Part shown: positions 25,405-37,312 of the stretch, one piece after another
Layout of the letters: each line of letters begins with the position of its first letter
How positions within the stretch are numbered: the stretch's first letter is position 1
Assembly (NCBI RefSeq): GCF_006345805.1
Contig: NC_043006.1
Span: 15,562,001-15,626,000, forward strand
Reading direction: 5' to 3'
Origin: Octopus sinensis
Taxonomy: Eukaryota
DNA length: 64,000 nucleotides
Notes under the pieces: model-generated
What the model saw: the letters and a program-made list of their open reading frames with translations, nothing else
Database searches by the model: none
What the model was told of the DNA's origin: nothing
Translations under genes and position numbers: made by a program

Positions 25405-27570
25405 CTTAACATTGATAGGTTTCGGCCAGAATAGGCCCAGGCATCACCTGGTGAGGTTTTTAGTCATATATGGTGCACCATAGCTCACTCTAGCAAAGAG
25501 TTATTATTGTTGGAGACATATCTGCGTGGTCCGAGATTTTTTGAAGAAATTTGTCCAGTGAACATTTGAATTTTATGGGATCCGTTTCCCTTTTTGACGT
25601 ATTTTGGTATGGTATTAAAAAGAGCTGGACCGGTTGAGGTAAAGTAATTGTGACGTAATGTTGTTATGTGTTCCGAGTTCGATTTTGTAGTGGGCGGATA
25701 GCACGGGGGCCAAGTCTTGGATGGATTTTAAAATTGATGCCAACGTTATTTGTGCAATATTGATGAAATATTTACCACATTACACAAATGATGTAGCGTT
25801 CCCGGCGGCGATGGAGAGAGTAGAGATTGAGGTTTTTTAGTCGACCCCAATAATCAATGCCTCTCGTGCCGTCTATATTTCTTGTTATGGACCTCTGGAG
25901 TGCCTCCACTTTCATAATGAGTTGTTTCGTATGCGAGGACCACAGTGGGAAACAGTACTCAAGGTGGGGTCGGGCAAAGGTAGAGTAGGGAATGATGATG
26001 GTATAAGCATCTCTAGACCACAAAGTTCTCAGAACCCAGGAGCACATCTTGCGGGCCAAATCAACCTTACTGTTTCTGCGGTAATTCGAGCTTAGATTGT
26101 TATCAACAATTACTCCAAGATCTCTGGTTTTGTTGGATGACACTAGGGAGTCGCCCGAGGGAAGAGCATATGGTAATTTCAGAGTTACCTCTTTCCCAAA
26201 GTAGATCAAATCAATCTTTTCTTCATTTAAAAACATATTGTTTTTTTCCGCCCATTGGGCAATAGCAAACATATCTGACTGAATGCATTTTCGGTCTCAT
26301 GCCGTTTATGGCTTTCTGGAGTTTGGAAACATTTGCAAAGATTTTCAATGTAAAATGTTTGATGACATCTACTATGTCGCTGATGTAAATAATGAGGAGG
26401 AGTGGGCTCAGCACAGTACTTTGTGGGACACCACTACTGATTTTGGCTGAGCTGGATCGTATTCCCTCAAACACAACACGTGGAGTTCTGTTCGCCAGGA
26501 AACACTTTATCTGCTGCAGCAGCTTTCCACGGACTCCAATGTTGAACAGTTTCTTCTGCAGGATTTTGTGGTCCACTCTATCAAATACCTTGCTGAAATC
26601 AAAGGTATATGACGTCAGTGTTGCAGCCCTCTCCAAACGTTTTTAAGATGTCATCAAAGTGCTGCAGAAGCTGCGACAGGCAGTCCCTGCCATCACGGAA
26701 ACCATGCTGGTTGGGGTTTTTCTTCGAGGAAGTGAGTTATTCGCGACCTCACCACCCTCTCAAATACTTTAATGATATGAGAAGTGAGTGAAATTGGACG
26801 GTAGTTCACTGGAAGGGATATGGTGTGGACGGGCATTAACCCAGTCCTCAATAAGTTGGATCTTCAAGTTCTGGGCATTGTTGGAAGGGATGATGCCTTG
26901 TGCATTGAGCAAAATTGCTGAGGCGACAGTGGTGACTAGTTTTAACTGTTTTGGTGATTTGCTTGTTAATAGCAGCAATGGGAGTCTGTGCGATAGTGTG
27001 GCGGTGGGGGGGGGGGTGGCCTTATGTGATGCCTAGAATGTACTTTTGTAGCTCTTTTGCCAGATTCATTATGGCTAAAAAAGTATTCTGTTTGGAGAAC
27101 TGGAAATGTTTGTGGTTGTGGGTTTTGTATTGGTTAGGGGGTCCCGTTTATATTTTTATTTGTGCGACGAGTCCCCGGGTGATGGGGAAATTGACAATTA
27201 TGCTGTAGACATAATCTGTTTCGCTGGGAATGGTAGCAGACTCAGGGTTCCGTGTAACATGAGTGCTTTTTTTTTCAAATTTGATTTACTATTTGCTGAG
27301 AATGATAGCAGTGGTGGTAGTAGCGTTGTTTTAGATTGTGCACTTTGATGGTAAGCGCCTGTCGTGAGTAGGAATTGAGCGCCTAGTCCCTGGTAAATGA
27401 GTGAATTTGCAATCAGCGTCAGTGCACAGCCTGTTGCGTAGTGAATAGCGGCATATTTTGGGGTTTCGTGTGAAGGCAGTGAGAGGCATAGATTTTAATT
27501 TGTGTCTGGCAAATTCATTAAGGGGTTTTCAAGTAAGCATTTAGTTGGTTGATCAGAAATTGGGATGGTC
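25405..27570 (-). pseudogene. Degenerate, internally deleted CR1-clade LINE
   Basis: RT motifs FDFSKVFDRVDH and SGVPQSTVLSPLLLIIYISD; C-terminal RPHLEYC...LYSLHRRRERY; ORF1 CCCH-like PKICRYSLRNRLCTDADCKFTH near 27390-27460; endonuclease not found. Confidence 0.88.
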
Positions 27571-27571
27571 A

Positions 27572-27690
27572 ACATCATTGTTCGACCGTGGTCGAGACAA
27601 TGGAACTTACCATGCTACGCCAGACTTCACGGTCCATCATGGCATTACGGAGGTCCTGTTGCTGGATGCCTGTATCCCTGGGATGGTAGT
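27572..27690 (-). mobile_element. RTE-clade LINE 3'-end fragment
   Basis: RDTGIQQQDLRNAMMDREVWRSMVSSIVSTTVEQ* followed by TGATG, typical of an RTE ORF2 C-terminus. Confidence 0.7.
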
Positions 27691-27788
27691 AGGGCGAAGC
27701 TGTGTATGTTACTGTTTTTGAGGTGGTTGTTTTAGCTGTTGTTGCTGATATTGTTGTGATTCTTGTTGCTGAAATGGTTGCTGCTGTT

Positions 27789-28150
27789 TGTTTGTTTGTT
27801 TGTTGAGCGAAGTGGTCTTCGTCCCAGTGGGAGAAGTCGGAAACGTGGTCCTTTGCTATTCGTAAGACCCACAGAAGAGAAAGCAGGTCAACCCCGACAC
27901 CGAGAGCATCGACGGATGGATGAATGCGCATCCAGGCTCAGCGGTTGCGTAGGAAGTCGGGGACAAGAAACAGGAAGATAAGAGTGAGAGAAAGTCAGAG
28001 TGAGAGTACAACAGGGTCGCCATCATCCCCTGCCTCGTGAAGCTTTAGGTGTTTTCTCTCAATAAACACACACAACGGTCTGGGAATCGAAACTGCGATC
28101 CTCCGACCGCGAGTCCGTTGCCCTAACCACTGGGCCATTGCGCCTCCACT
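27789..28150 (-). mobile_element. tRNA-derived SINE, family C (A/B head, distinct tail)
   Basis: 12-bp TSD GTTGCTGCTGTT (27777-27788 / 28151-28162); head and core as family A; unique tail ending (CAAA)n. Confidence 0.85.
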
Positions 28151-28299
28151 GTTGCTGCTGTTGATGGGTAGATAACAAGCTCTGGTTGAATGGACTGTGA
28201 GCGGCTGGAATCTGAGAAGTCGACCGTTTCATTAAATAGGTCATCAATTATAGTTGAATTAAGGAGTGCTGAAGGTTGAGGTTGGGTCAGTTGTTCCTG

Positions 28300-28411
28300 C
28301 TGTGGTTGTTGTTGTTGTTGTTGGTATGGTGATTGTTGTTTTGTTGAGGTGATTGTTGTTTTGCGAAACAGATTATGTCTACAGCTGTGATGGTCGTTGT
28401 TATTGCCGTGG

Positions 28412-28449
<38 letters not shown>

Positions 28450-28480
28450 GCCGTGTTTGTTGTTGGTGGTGGTGTTGACC
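28300..28480. repeat. (GTT)n-rich tract
   Basis: Visible. Confidence 0.9.
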
Positions 28481-28878
28481 AGTATTTGAAGAACAAACAC
28501 GTTCGAGCTTTACAAAATGTCTATTAATTAATTTGATCACCATTTCAATTTGTTTAAGTTTGTTCTGAATCTGCTTCTAGGAGCGATTTCTAAAAAAATT
28601 CTTTTTAAAAATATATTTGTTTATTATTGATTTACTCCTTGTGTTAGTGTTTAGTTGTGTATAAACGTATGCTACATCAGTAAAGAATTAGTGTAGACTG
28701 AATTTGTATTTGAGATAAATATTTACAGATGCTCGAAGATAAAATATGTATATCATATGTGTATGATAATGCAGAACTTTTTGCTTTAATGAAGAAATTT
28801 GGAGTTCGAAAGTGAAAGGTGTTTGGGTTTTTGCAAAATTCTGTGATAGTTTGATACGTATAGGCTTGTATACGTATA

Positions 28879-29042
28879 GGCGCAGGAGTGGCTGTGTGGT
28901 AAGTAGCTTGCTAACCAACCACATGGTTCCGTGTTCAGTCCCACTGCGTGGCATCATGGGCAGATGTATTCTGCTATAGCCCCGGGCCGACCAATGATTG
29001 TGAGTGGATTTGGTAGACGGAAACTGAAAGAAGCCTGTCGAA

Positions 29043-29090
<48 letters not shown>

Positions 29091-29329
29091 ATATGTATGT
29101 GTGTGTGTTTGTGTGTCTGTGTTTGTTCCCCTAGCATTGCTTGACAACCGATGCTGGTGTGTTTACGTCCCCGTCACTTAGCGGTTCGGCAAAAAGAGAC
29201 CGATAGAATAAGTACTGGGCTTACAAAAACAATAAGTCCCGGAGTCGAGTTGCTCGACTAAAGGCGGTGCTCCAGCATGGCCGCAGTCAAGTGACTGAAA
29301 CAAGTAAAAGAGTAAAAGAGAGTAAAGAG
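28879..29329 (+). mobile_element. SINE family D, full length
   Basis: Matches 22437-22838. Confidence 0.92.
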
Positions 29330-29638
29330 AACATGTGGTCGTTAGTTTTAAAGGGAGAATTTTCATCAGAGATATATGAGTGTGAAGTTAAAAGTGTGTG
29401 CGTAAATTCAGAGTGCTCTGTGGATTTAATAAATTCGCAGAGTGCAAGTGTACGTGCGTATATATTCAATAGAATCACAGGAGAAATTTATTCTGTACTC
29501 ATGAGAAATTTCTTTTTCCACAGGTTATTGCATGTTGTATGGGGTCAAAATTAATCTTCTGTTGATTTCTTATCGCAGCTTTCGCAAGGATTAGGAATTA
29601 AAATTTAGAGATGTTTGAGTTGATATGGTTTCTATTTC

Positions 29639-29681
<43 letters not shown>

Positions 29682-29948
29682 CTGTACTCGTTTCAGTCAT
29701 TTGACTGGAGCACCAGAACTTATTCTTTGCAAGTTTAGTACTTATTCCACTGGTGTATTTTGGCGAACGGCTAAGCTACGGCAACATAAATACACCTCCA
29801 TCGGTTGTCAAGCGGGGGACGAACAGACCCCCCACACACGCACAAATATATAAATACATGCATACATATATACATTATAAATATATGACCGCGTGTGTAT
29901 CGTTGGCGATTTTCTTTCGCTGTCTTCTCTTCTTTGGACTTTTTCTAT

Positions 29949-29983
29949 ATTTCCGATGAAGAGCTCTGCTCGAAACGTCAAAT
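29949..29983 (+). ncRNA. Minimal hammerhead motif with CCGA (U4C) core
   Basis: ATTT CCGATGA A GAGC-TCT-GCTC GAAA CG TC AAAT; palindromic ACGT stem III; GUC site at 29979. Confidence 0.7.
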
Positions 29984-30105
29984 CAGCTTTCTTTTCTTTC
30001 CTTTCCTGAGCCTCCAATAACACAGTACTTGTACCACGACCTCGCGTTGTTGTATTTTATTGCTTGTTCTCGTTTAGATTGACTATATATATATATATAT
30101 ATATA

Positions 30106-30655
30106 TCTTTTCTTGTTTCAGTCATGTGACTGTGGCCATGCTGGAGAATCGCCTTTAGTCGAGCAAATCGACCCCAGGACCTATACTTTTTAAGCCTAGT
30201 ACTTATTCTATCGGTATCTTTTGCTGAACCGCTAAGTTACGGGGACGTAAACACACCAGCATCGGTTGTCAAGCGATGTTGGGGGGGGGGATAAACACAG
30301 ACACACAAACATATACACACACATACATATATACATATACATATATACGGCGAGCTTCTTTCAGTTTCCGTCTACCAAATCCACTCACAAGGCTGCGGTC
30401 GGCCCAAGACTATAGTAGAAGACACTTGCCCAAGGTGCCACGCAGTGGGACTGAACCTAGAACCATGTGGTTCGTAAGCAAGCTACTTACCACACATACA
30501 TACAACAGGATTATTTCAGTTTCCGTTTATCAAATCCAATCACAAGGCTTTGGTTGGTCCGAAGCTATGATAAAAAGGTGCCACGCAGTGGGACTGAACC
30601 CAGAACCATGTGGTTGGGAGGCAAGCTTCTTACCACGCTGCCACGCCTAGAGTTA
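30106..30655 (-). mobile_element. SINE family D plus adjacent partial second copy
   Basis: Tail-to-head match 30106-30495; second head/core fragment 30510-30650. Confidence 0.85.
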
Positions 30656-31149
30656 CTCTCTCCATTGAGCTGAAGAAATAAGTATATATTAAATTGCTTC
30701 GCTATGCACGATCCCAAGGATTTAGAACGATGCAGGTGAAAAGGCTGGGGATGCTCCAGACTGCAAGCTGTAAGCCGTTTGAGACACCCAGTTCAAACTT
30801 TTTACAAAAGGTATTCCAGTCGTTACTATCTCCTGACTCTCCGAGAAGCTAAATTTTATCCTTTGCTTAAAAGAGTAGGGTGGTATTTGAGCGATATTCG
30901 GTTGCGAGTATTATCCCATCATGCAAATATGTAGAATCTCCCTTAGAAAGTCCAGCCAGCATGTATTGAGCGTAATATACCTAAAGATAAATATTGTTAG
31001 GCAACGTCAAATCCTGCAGATAGTCCCATCAACACAGAAAGCCACATGTTTTTCCGTTCTCATCTCTCTCTCTCTCTCTCTTCCTTTTTCTTTCATTCCT
31101 TCAGGAATTCTGTTGTTATATGACGCGATGTGAGGTATTTATTAACTTT

Positions 31150-31380
31150 CTATTCCATTCTACAAAAGTGGATCCTGTAGCGGCTGGTGTGAGATTTGAG
31201 TTGCCTAGCATGTTCCAAGCAGTGAAGAAAAAGGCTGGCGTAGTTTCGATTATACGTAGAGATAGACATAGGATAACAAGGAATGGAATTTGTGTATTTG
31301 ACCCAGCTAAAATACAATTTAACTTCTTTCTTTGAAAAATACGTAGATGATTTCATACATGCATTTAAATTTTTTTTATA
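31150..31380 (-). repeat. Unclassified dispersed repeat (second copy at 35350-35455, + strand)
   Basis: GCATGTATGAAATCATCTA.GTATTTTTCAAAGAA...AAATTGTATTTTAGC shared between the two loci. Confidence 0.65.
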
Positions 31381-32509
31381 CAGCATGGATTAATTCGATG
31401 TTGAATGATATAAACTATATGCACATATTGTATATCGTGTTAAACAATTCGCTTCTACGAATTGCTAATAATTCATACGATATCTGGTGTGTATAAATCT
31501 TAGCATTAAATTATGGATATTAACCGCATGAGTGGAATTTATTCATATTGTATCGTAGAATTTGATATCACTGGTTATCATTTCTCGCGCTTAGATTTAC
31601 TGATGCCGCTGTATTAAATATTAGCTCCAAATAGCTCATAAACAGTAAATCATTTGGAGATGAATAATAATTCTTAGAGCTATGCCATAACGAGATCAAA
31701 GCGTTGATACTAACATCAGTATAATCACTGATTATTCTTAATATATTGCTATCGTTCTACTTCTATGCTCGACTAGATTTCATTACTGATTCTGGAGTGA
31801 GGAAACAAGAGAAGGAGGCTTTTAGCTTTTATTTTTATAGCAATTTCGCTTATAAACAATGCCTTTTGTTTCATATTCATCAACGACTGAATTACGTTAT
31901 GGTATTACCTAATGTTTGTTCATGTTGCATATTCTGTGCGCTGAGATTATATTTACATTCTCTTTTGTTCAAAATAAACATTGTAAGTATTGTAAAGTCA
32001 CTGTTTTAACAGGAAAACATTTCGATCTTCTTGCTAAAGGCTGTGATCAGTTGGGTGTAGAATATCGACTAAAGCCTTCTTGCATAAGTATTGATTTCAT
32101 TGCTCGTCGGAAAGAAATATAGCAGTGAATATATTAAGCGGAATATATTAACACAATACACTTTACTTTGCGAAATATTACTAGCAGATACAAATATAAA
32201 CATTTCCATTAATTTCTTACAGAATATGTAGCTTATAATACATCTACTTAATACTAATATTTATTTAAATTTGGATATGTATCAAGCTTTAAAAAATAAG
32301 TACTGGGATCGTTTCCTTCGACTGAAATTCTTCAAGGCCGTACCCCAACTGGCCGCAGTCTAATGACTGAAACAAGTACAAGAAACACCTCCACCACCAT
32401 CACATACACACACACATACACAAACACTTATATATATTTGAAAACTATGTAAATATTTTTTCTAAAATTTCATTTTTCCACAATTTAATTGTTTTTCATG
32501 CTTTACTCT

Positions 32510-32545
32510 AAGTTGAAAAAGTCGCCAAGTCTGAAACTGGTTCTA
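32510..32545 (+). ncRNA. Hammerhead motif, U3-A8 variant family (diverged copy)
   Basis: AAG TTGAAAA AGTC-GCCAA-GTCT GAAA CTGG TT CTA; flanks homologous to 35670-35830. Confidence 0.5.
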
Positions 32546-32573
32546 AAATGTTCTTCATGATAAAATTAGTTTA

Positions 32574-32659
32574 CCATTCTCTACCTTGTCTTATTTACCT
32601 TACACCACACAATATATGTATATATACATTATATGTATGTGTATATATATATATATATG

Positions 32660-32713
<54 letters not shown>

Positions 32714-32797
32714 CATATATATATATATACACAATACATATATATGTATATATACATATATGTGTGTGTGTAAGGTAAATAAGACAAGGTAGAGAAT

Positions 32798-32799
<2 letters not shown>
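32574..32799. repeat. ~226-bp fold-back palindrome centred on (TA)n
   Basis: CCATTCTCTACCTTGTCTTATTTACCTTACAC pairs with GTGTAAGGTAAATAAGACAAGGTAGAGAATGG; the inner microsatellite arms also mirror each other. Confidence 0.9.
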
Positions 32800-32840
<41 letters not shown>

Positions 32841-32869
32841 AGGTATATATATATATATATATACAACAC

Positions 32870-32924
<55 letters not shown>

Positions 32925-32999
32925 ATATATTACTTACATATATATACTTATATATACTTATATTTATATGCTTGGGTATGAGAGTTTTGTATGTGACTT

Positions 33000-33255
33000 C
33001 ATAACTTTAAAATTGAATAGAAGATATGAAATCCACCTGATGAATGTCATTTGAAGACAGGAAACAATTGTAGTGGCGATTTATTTACTTTATATTAAAT
33101 TTTTTTTTATGTATTGATTAAATCTTTCCTTGTTTGATTTGCAAAATAGTGGTTTTGTCTCTAATTAATATTATATAATATTTTACTATAAAATTGGATT
33201 CAATCCTAAATCTGATTTTTCCCTGTAAATTTGGATTTATTCCCTAATATTTAAG
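33000..33255 (+). mobile_element. Penelope-like pLTR-type repeat with hammerhead (33033-33076)
   Basis: CCAC CTGATGA A TGTC-ATTTGAA-GACA G GAAA CAATTG TA GTGG; the rest matches the reverse complement of 21570-21790. Confidence 0.8.
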
Positions 33256-33256
33256 T

Positions 33257-33335
<79 letters not shown>

Positions 33336-33349
33336 ATATACTTGTGTGT

Positions 33350-33510
33350 GTATGCATGTGAGTATATGTGCCTATACATACATACATGCATGCATACATA
33401 TATACATGCATACATACATGCATACATACATACATACATACATACATACATACATACATAAATACATACATACATACATACATATATACATACATGCATA
33501 CATATATATA
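33350..33510. repeat. (TACA)n microsatellite
   Basis: Visible. Confidence 0.9.
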
Positions 33511-34659
33511 CAAACGATTTCAATAACGAAAATTTTTTAGCTACGATCAAATCAAATATAGGTATAGAATTAATGATGCTTATAGTTAGCAACATTACCA
33601 TATAAAGCTACAAAAATGTCAGATTAGCCTCTTGTGTTTATTCAATCCTATTTCATTGAGACAGGTTTTCAAAAATCCAATTATTTATTATCAATGTATG
33701 TACCTGAATATTCCAACGTTAAAACGCAGTGAAAAATATGATAAAAGCTGTCAGATTCAGGCAAGTTTTAAAAGAGAAAACATAATATGCTTAATAATAA
33801 TTTTACTAAATCTAGACTCAAGATATAGTTAATTCTAAAGGAATAACGTTTTGATATTCGCGTATTCAGGGACAATATCAATGCTTATTAGTTCCATTCT
33901 ATAGAAAGAACTTCAATATGCTTCTCTTGTCAAAATCTTTGATGTTTTACATATCGCTAGAAAACATGGAATGCGTAAAATATTTGATGTCTGAAATATT
34001 TCCAATTATGCGTATATATGTTTGTTTTCTGGGGACATTTCAAGAATCGACACAATTTGAACAAAACATCAAAAGAAAATAATTCCCTGATTCCTACTGT
34101 AAATCCAGTGATTCTTATATCTATTCCATTATATTCCTTATCAAAATTAAATTACTTTAATTTTCGATTATAATCCATTCCCTATTCAAATTTGTGAACA
34201 GATGTACTTTTGTCCTTTGAATTTTAGTGGAATAATTCTCTGACTCATGCATGTGGAATTGGAATAAAGGTTCTTGGCAAGCAAGAAAATTTGGTATTAT
34301 TTATAATATATAATGATTACTATCGGATTGATGTATGTGGAAGATCGTAGGTGTTCAGAAAGAGATTCATAGAAAATCCATATTCTCTTTCAATCAGAAG
34401 GTACGACATTATTTCCGCGCAAATTAAGTACTGTTTCCGCTGTAATACTTTCTGAAACATAAAACTGGAACAATCCCTCTTTTACAAAAGTATGATTTAA
34501 TCAGATGTCAGCACATTTTATGACTAACGTATTAAACAAAAAGACTTCAATGGGATCAATTAGTTATTCCGGAATCAAAAAATAATGTTATTCGATGAAT
34601 AACACATTTTTGTCGTTTCTGACAAAGGGGATGGAACTCTAGACAACTTTAATATACGT

Positions 34660-34662
34660 ATG

Positions 34663-34696
<34 letters not shown>

Positions 34697-34790
34697 TGTA
34701 TGTATGTATGTATGTATGTATGTATGCATGCATGTATGTATGTATGTATGTATGTATGTATGTATGTATGTATGTGCGTGAGTATGTATG
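34660..34790. repeat. (TATG)n microsatellite
   Basis: Visible. Confidence 0.95.
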
Positions 34791-34940
34791 TAGGAAACTT
34801 ACATATACACCATTCTGCTTAAATAATGGAACTGCAAATACAACATCCTTACGTATCTCAATTCTATTTTCATTCCTTCACTTCCCTCTGTATTTCATAT
34901 CTTCTCTAAAATAAATATTACTTAAACATTTTCTCACACC

Positions 34941-34988
34941 GTTTCTGATGAATGGATATGTAAAATATCCCGGAAACAGCTGTAAGAC
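34941..34988 (+). ncRNA. Minimal type I hammerhead motif
   Basis: GTTT CTGATGA AT GGATAT-GTAAA-ATATCC CG GAAA CAGCTG TA AGAC; palindrome ACAGCTGT; GUA site at 34984. Confidence 0.75.
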
Positions 34989-35050
34989 CTTCTCTTTATA
35001 AATATTATGAAAACTATTCTCAGCCTTGAATTTTTTATCTCGTTCTGTTA

Positions 35051-35117
<67 letters not shown>

Positions 35118-35465
35118 AGTGTCGTGAAGAAGACCCAACCTTCCGAGTACTTTTACAGGGTTTACAAAAACTGAAGGCCCGCTGCAATAAATGTGGGAAA
35201 CTGAAAGAGGAAGATGTTGAATAAATTAACTGATCGTCCCCCAATTATCTTTCACCCAAAGCCAGAAACTTTTCAGCACCTCTCTCTATATATATATATA
35301 TATATATAAAACGTCAAATTAATCCACGCTGTATAGCATTAATAAAAATAAATTTTAACGCATGTATGAAATCATCTAAGTATTTTTCAAAGAATTTAAA
35401 TTGTATTTTAGCAGGGTGAAAAACACAAATTTCATTTCTTGTTAACGTATGTCACTCTCTCTCTC

Positions 35466-35501
<36 letters not shown>

Positions 35502-35605
35502 CGTGCGTGTGTGTGTGTAGAAGGTTGAAAAGGAACACACAAGTTGATGTATATGTAAAAAAACTCAATGTAGAAAATACTAAAATAATTTTATAAACAA
35601 CATTT

Positions 35606-35650
35606 CAGTACCGGTTTCAACCATTGAGACTTTTTCAACTTTTTCAACTG
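35606..35650 (-). ncRNA. Hammerhead motif, U3-A8 variant (9-nt duplication in core)
   Basis: Minus strand: CAG TTGAAAA AG TTGAAAA AGTC-TCAAT-GGTT GAAA CCGG TA CTG. Confidence 0.65.
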
Positions 35651-35753
35651 TAAGTATGAAGGAGAATGCCCCTTGTATTTGAATACTATGCAAATATTCT
35701 TTTAAAAAACTTTTCTTTTAACTTTTCCAAAATTTAATTGTTTTCAATACTTA

Positions 35754-35789
35754 CATTTGAAAAAGTTTCAATGACTGAAACCAGTACTG
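35754..35789 (+). ncRNA. Hammerhead motif, U3-A8 variant
   Basis: CAT TTGAAAA AGTT-TCAAT-GACT GAAA CCAG TA CTG; inverted relative to the 35606 copy. Confidence 0.65.
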
Positions 35790-35838
35790 AAATGTTGTAT
35801 TTAAAATCATTCTAGAATTTACTACCTTGACTTTCTCT

Positions 35839-35875
<37 letters not shown>

Positions 35876-36074
35876 TTATATATATATATACACATAGAAT
35901 TTCAGTCGAAGGAATCGATCCCAGTACTTATTTTTTAAAGCTTGATACATATTCAAATTTAAATAAATATTAGTATTAAGTAGATGTATTATAAGCTACA
36001 TATTCTGTAAGAAATTAATGGAAATGTTTATATTTGTATCTGCTAGTAATATTTCGCAAAGTAAATTATATATA

Positions 36075-36280
36075 TATATAAGCAAAAACATTACAGCGTT
36101 TACACATGAAATAACTTTAAAATTGAATAGAAGATATGAAATACACCTGATGAATGTCATTTGTAGACAGGAAACAATTGTAGTGGCGATTTATTTACTT
36201 TATATTAAAATTTTTTTATGTATTGATTAAGTCTTTCCTTGTTTGATTTGCAAAATAGTGGTTTTGTCTCTAATTAATAT

Positions 36281-36290
<10 letters not shown>
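36075..36290 (+). mobile_element. Penelope-like pLTR-type repeat with hammerhead (36144-36185)
   Basis: CAC CTGATGA A TGTC-ATTTGTA-GACA G GAAA CAATTG TA GTG; near-identical to the 33000 copy; flanked by (TA)n. Confidence 0.8.
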
Positions 36291-36328
<38 letters not shown>

Positions 36329-36477
36329 TGTATATGTATATTATATGATATTTATAATATTTATACAGAATATACATATACATAGAAACACATGCGCGCA
36401 CACAGACACATACAAAACTCTTATATCCAAGCATATAAATATAAGTATATATAAGTATATATATATGTAAGTATATA

Positions 36478-36521
<44 letters not shown>

Positions 36522-36871
36522 TATATATATTATATATATATATATATATAATATATATATATGTATATATATATATATAAGTATATATGAATGGCGGTGT
36601 CCCAGCATGGCCACAGCTTGTGAGCTGAAACTAGATAAAAAATGATATATATATATAAGCAAAAACATTACAGCGTTTACACACGAAATAAGATGTCACT
36701 ACCGTTAATATCATCTGCGGTGAATATTTTTAAATGATAATATTAACAGCAGTAACATAGGCAAGTTCAACAGGTGTAATAGCATTATATAGCTTTAAAA
36801 TTTAAAGTTGGCACAAGGAATAACGATGCAGAAACAGCATCAACTGGAGAGCGCTACATAACAGAAAAACC

Positions 36872-37034
36872 ACAGTAGGCGATGAAACGGATAAAGAATT
36901 AAGACATTAAAAAAGGCATACCTTTAAAGAATTTGCCATTCAGATACTTATATACCATATAAGGTATACTTATATACCGTATATACTTATATATTTTAAT
37001 GTCTTAATTCTTTATCCGTTTCCTCGCCTACTGT
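36872..37034. mobile_element. Small MITE with 41-bp TIRs (Tc1-like CAGT termini)
   Basis: 36872-36912 versus 36994-37034: 40/41 reverse-complement match; interior has TATACTTATATA repeats; TA TSD degenerate. Confidence 0.7.
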
Positions 37035-37179
37035 TTTTTTATTTCTGCTATTTGGTGCTTTCCGGCGGTTGAATTAGGAATTTAACCCCTATTTCTAAAC
37101 AGGTCAATGATGTTTCTTGTGCTAACTTATAAATACATACATACAGACATATATATATATACACACACACCCACCCACC

Positions 37180-37312
<133 letters not shown>

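Noticed and set aside
31075-31335. Strong splice acceptor at ~31104 and a 71-aa ORF
   Set aside because: The pyrimidine tract is a (CT)n microsatellite, and much of the ORF overlaps a dispersed repeat also present at 35350.
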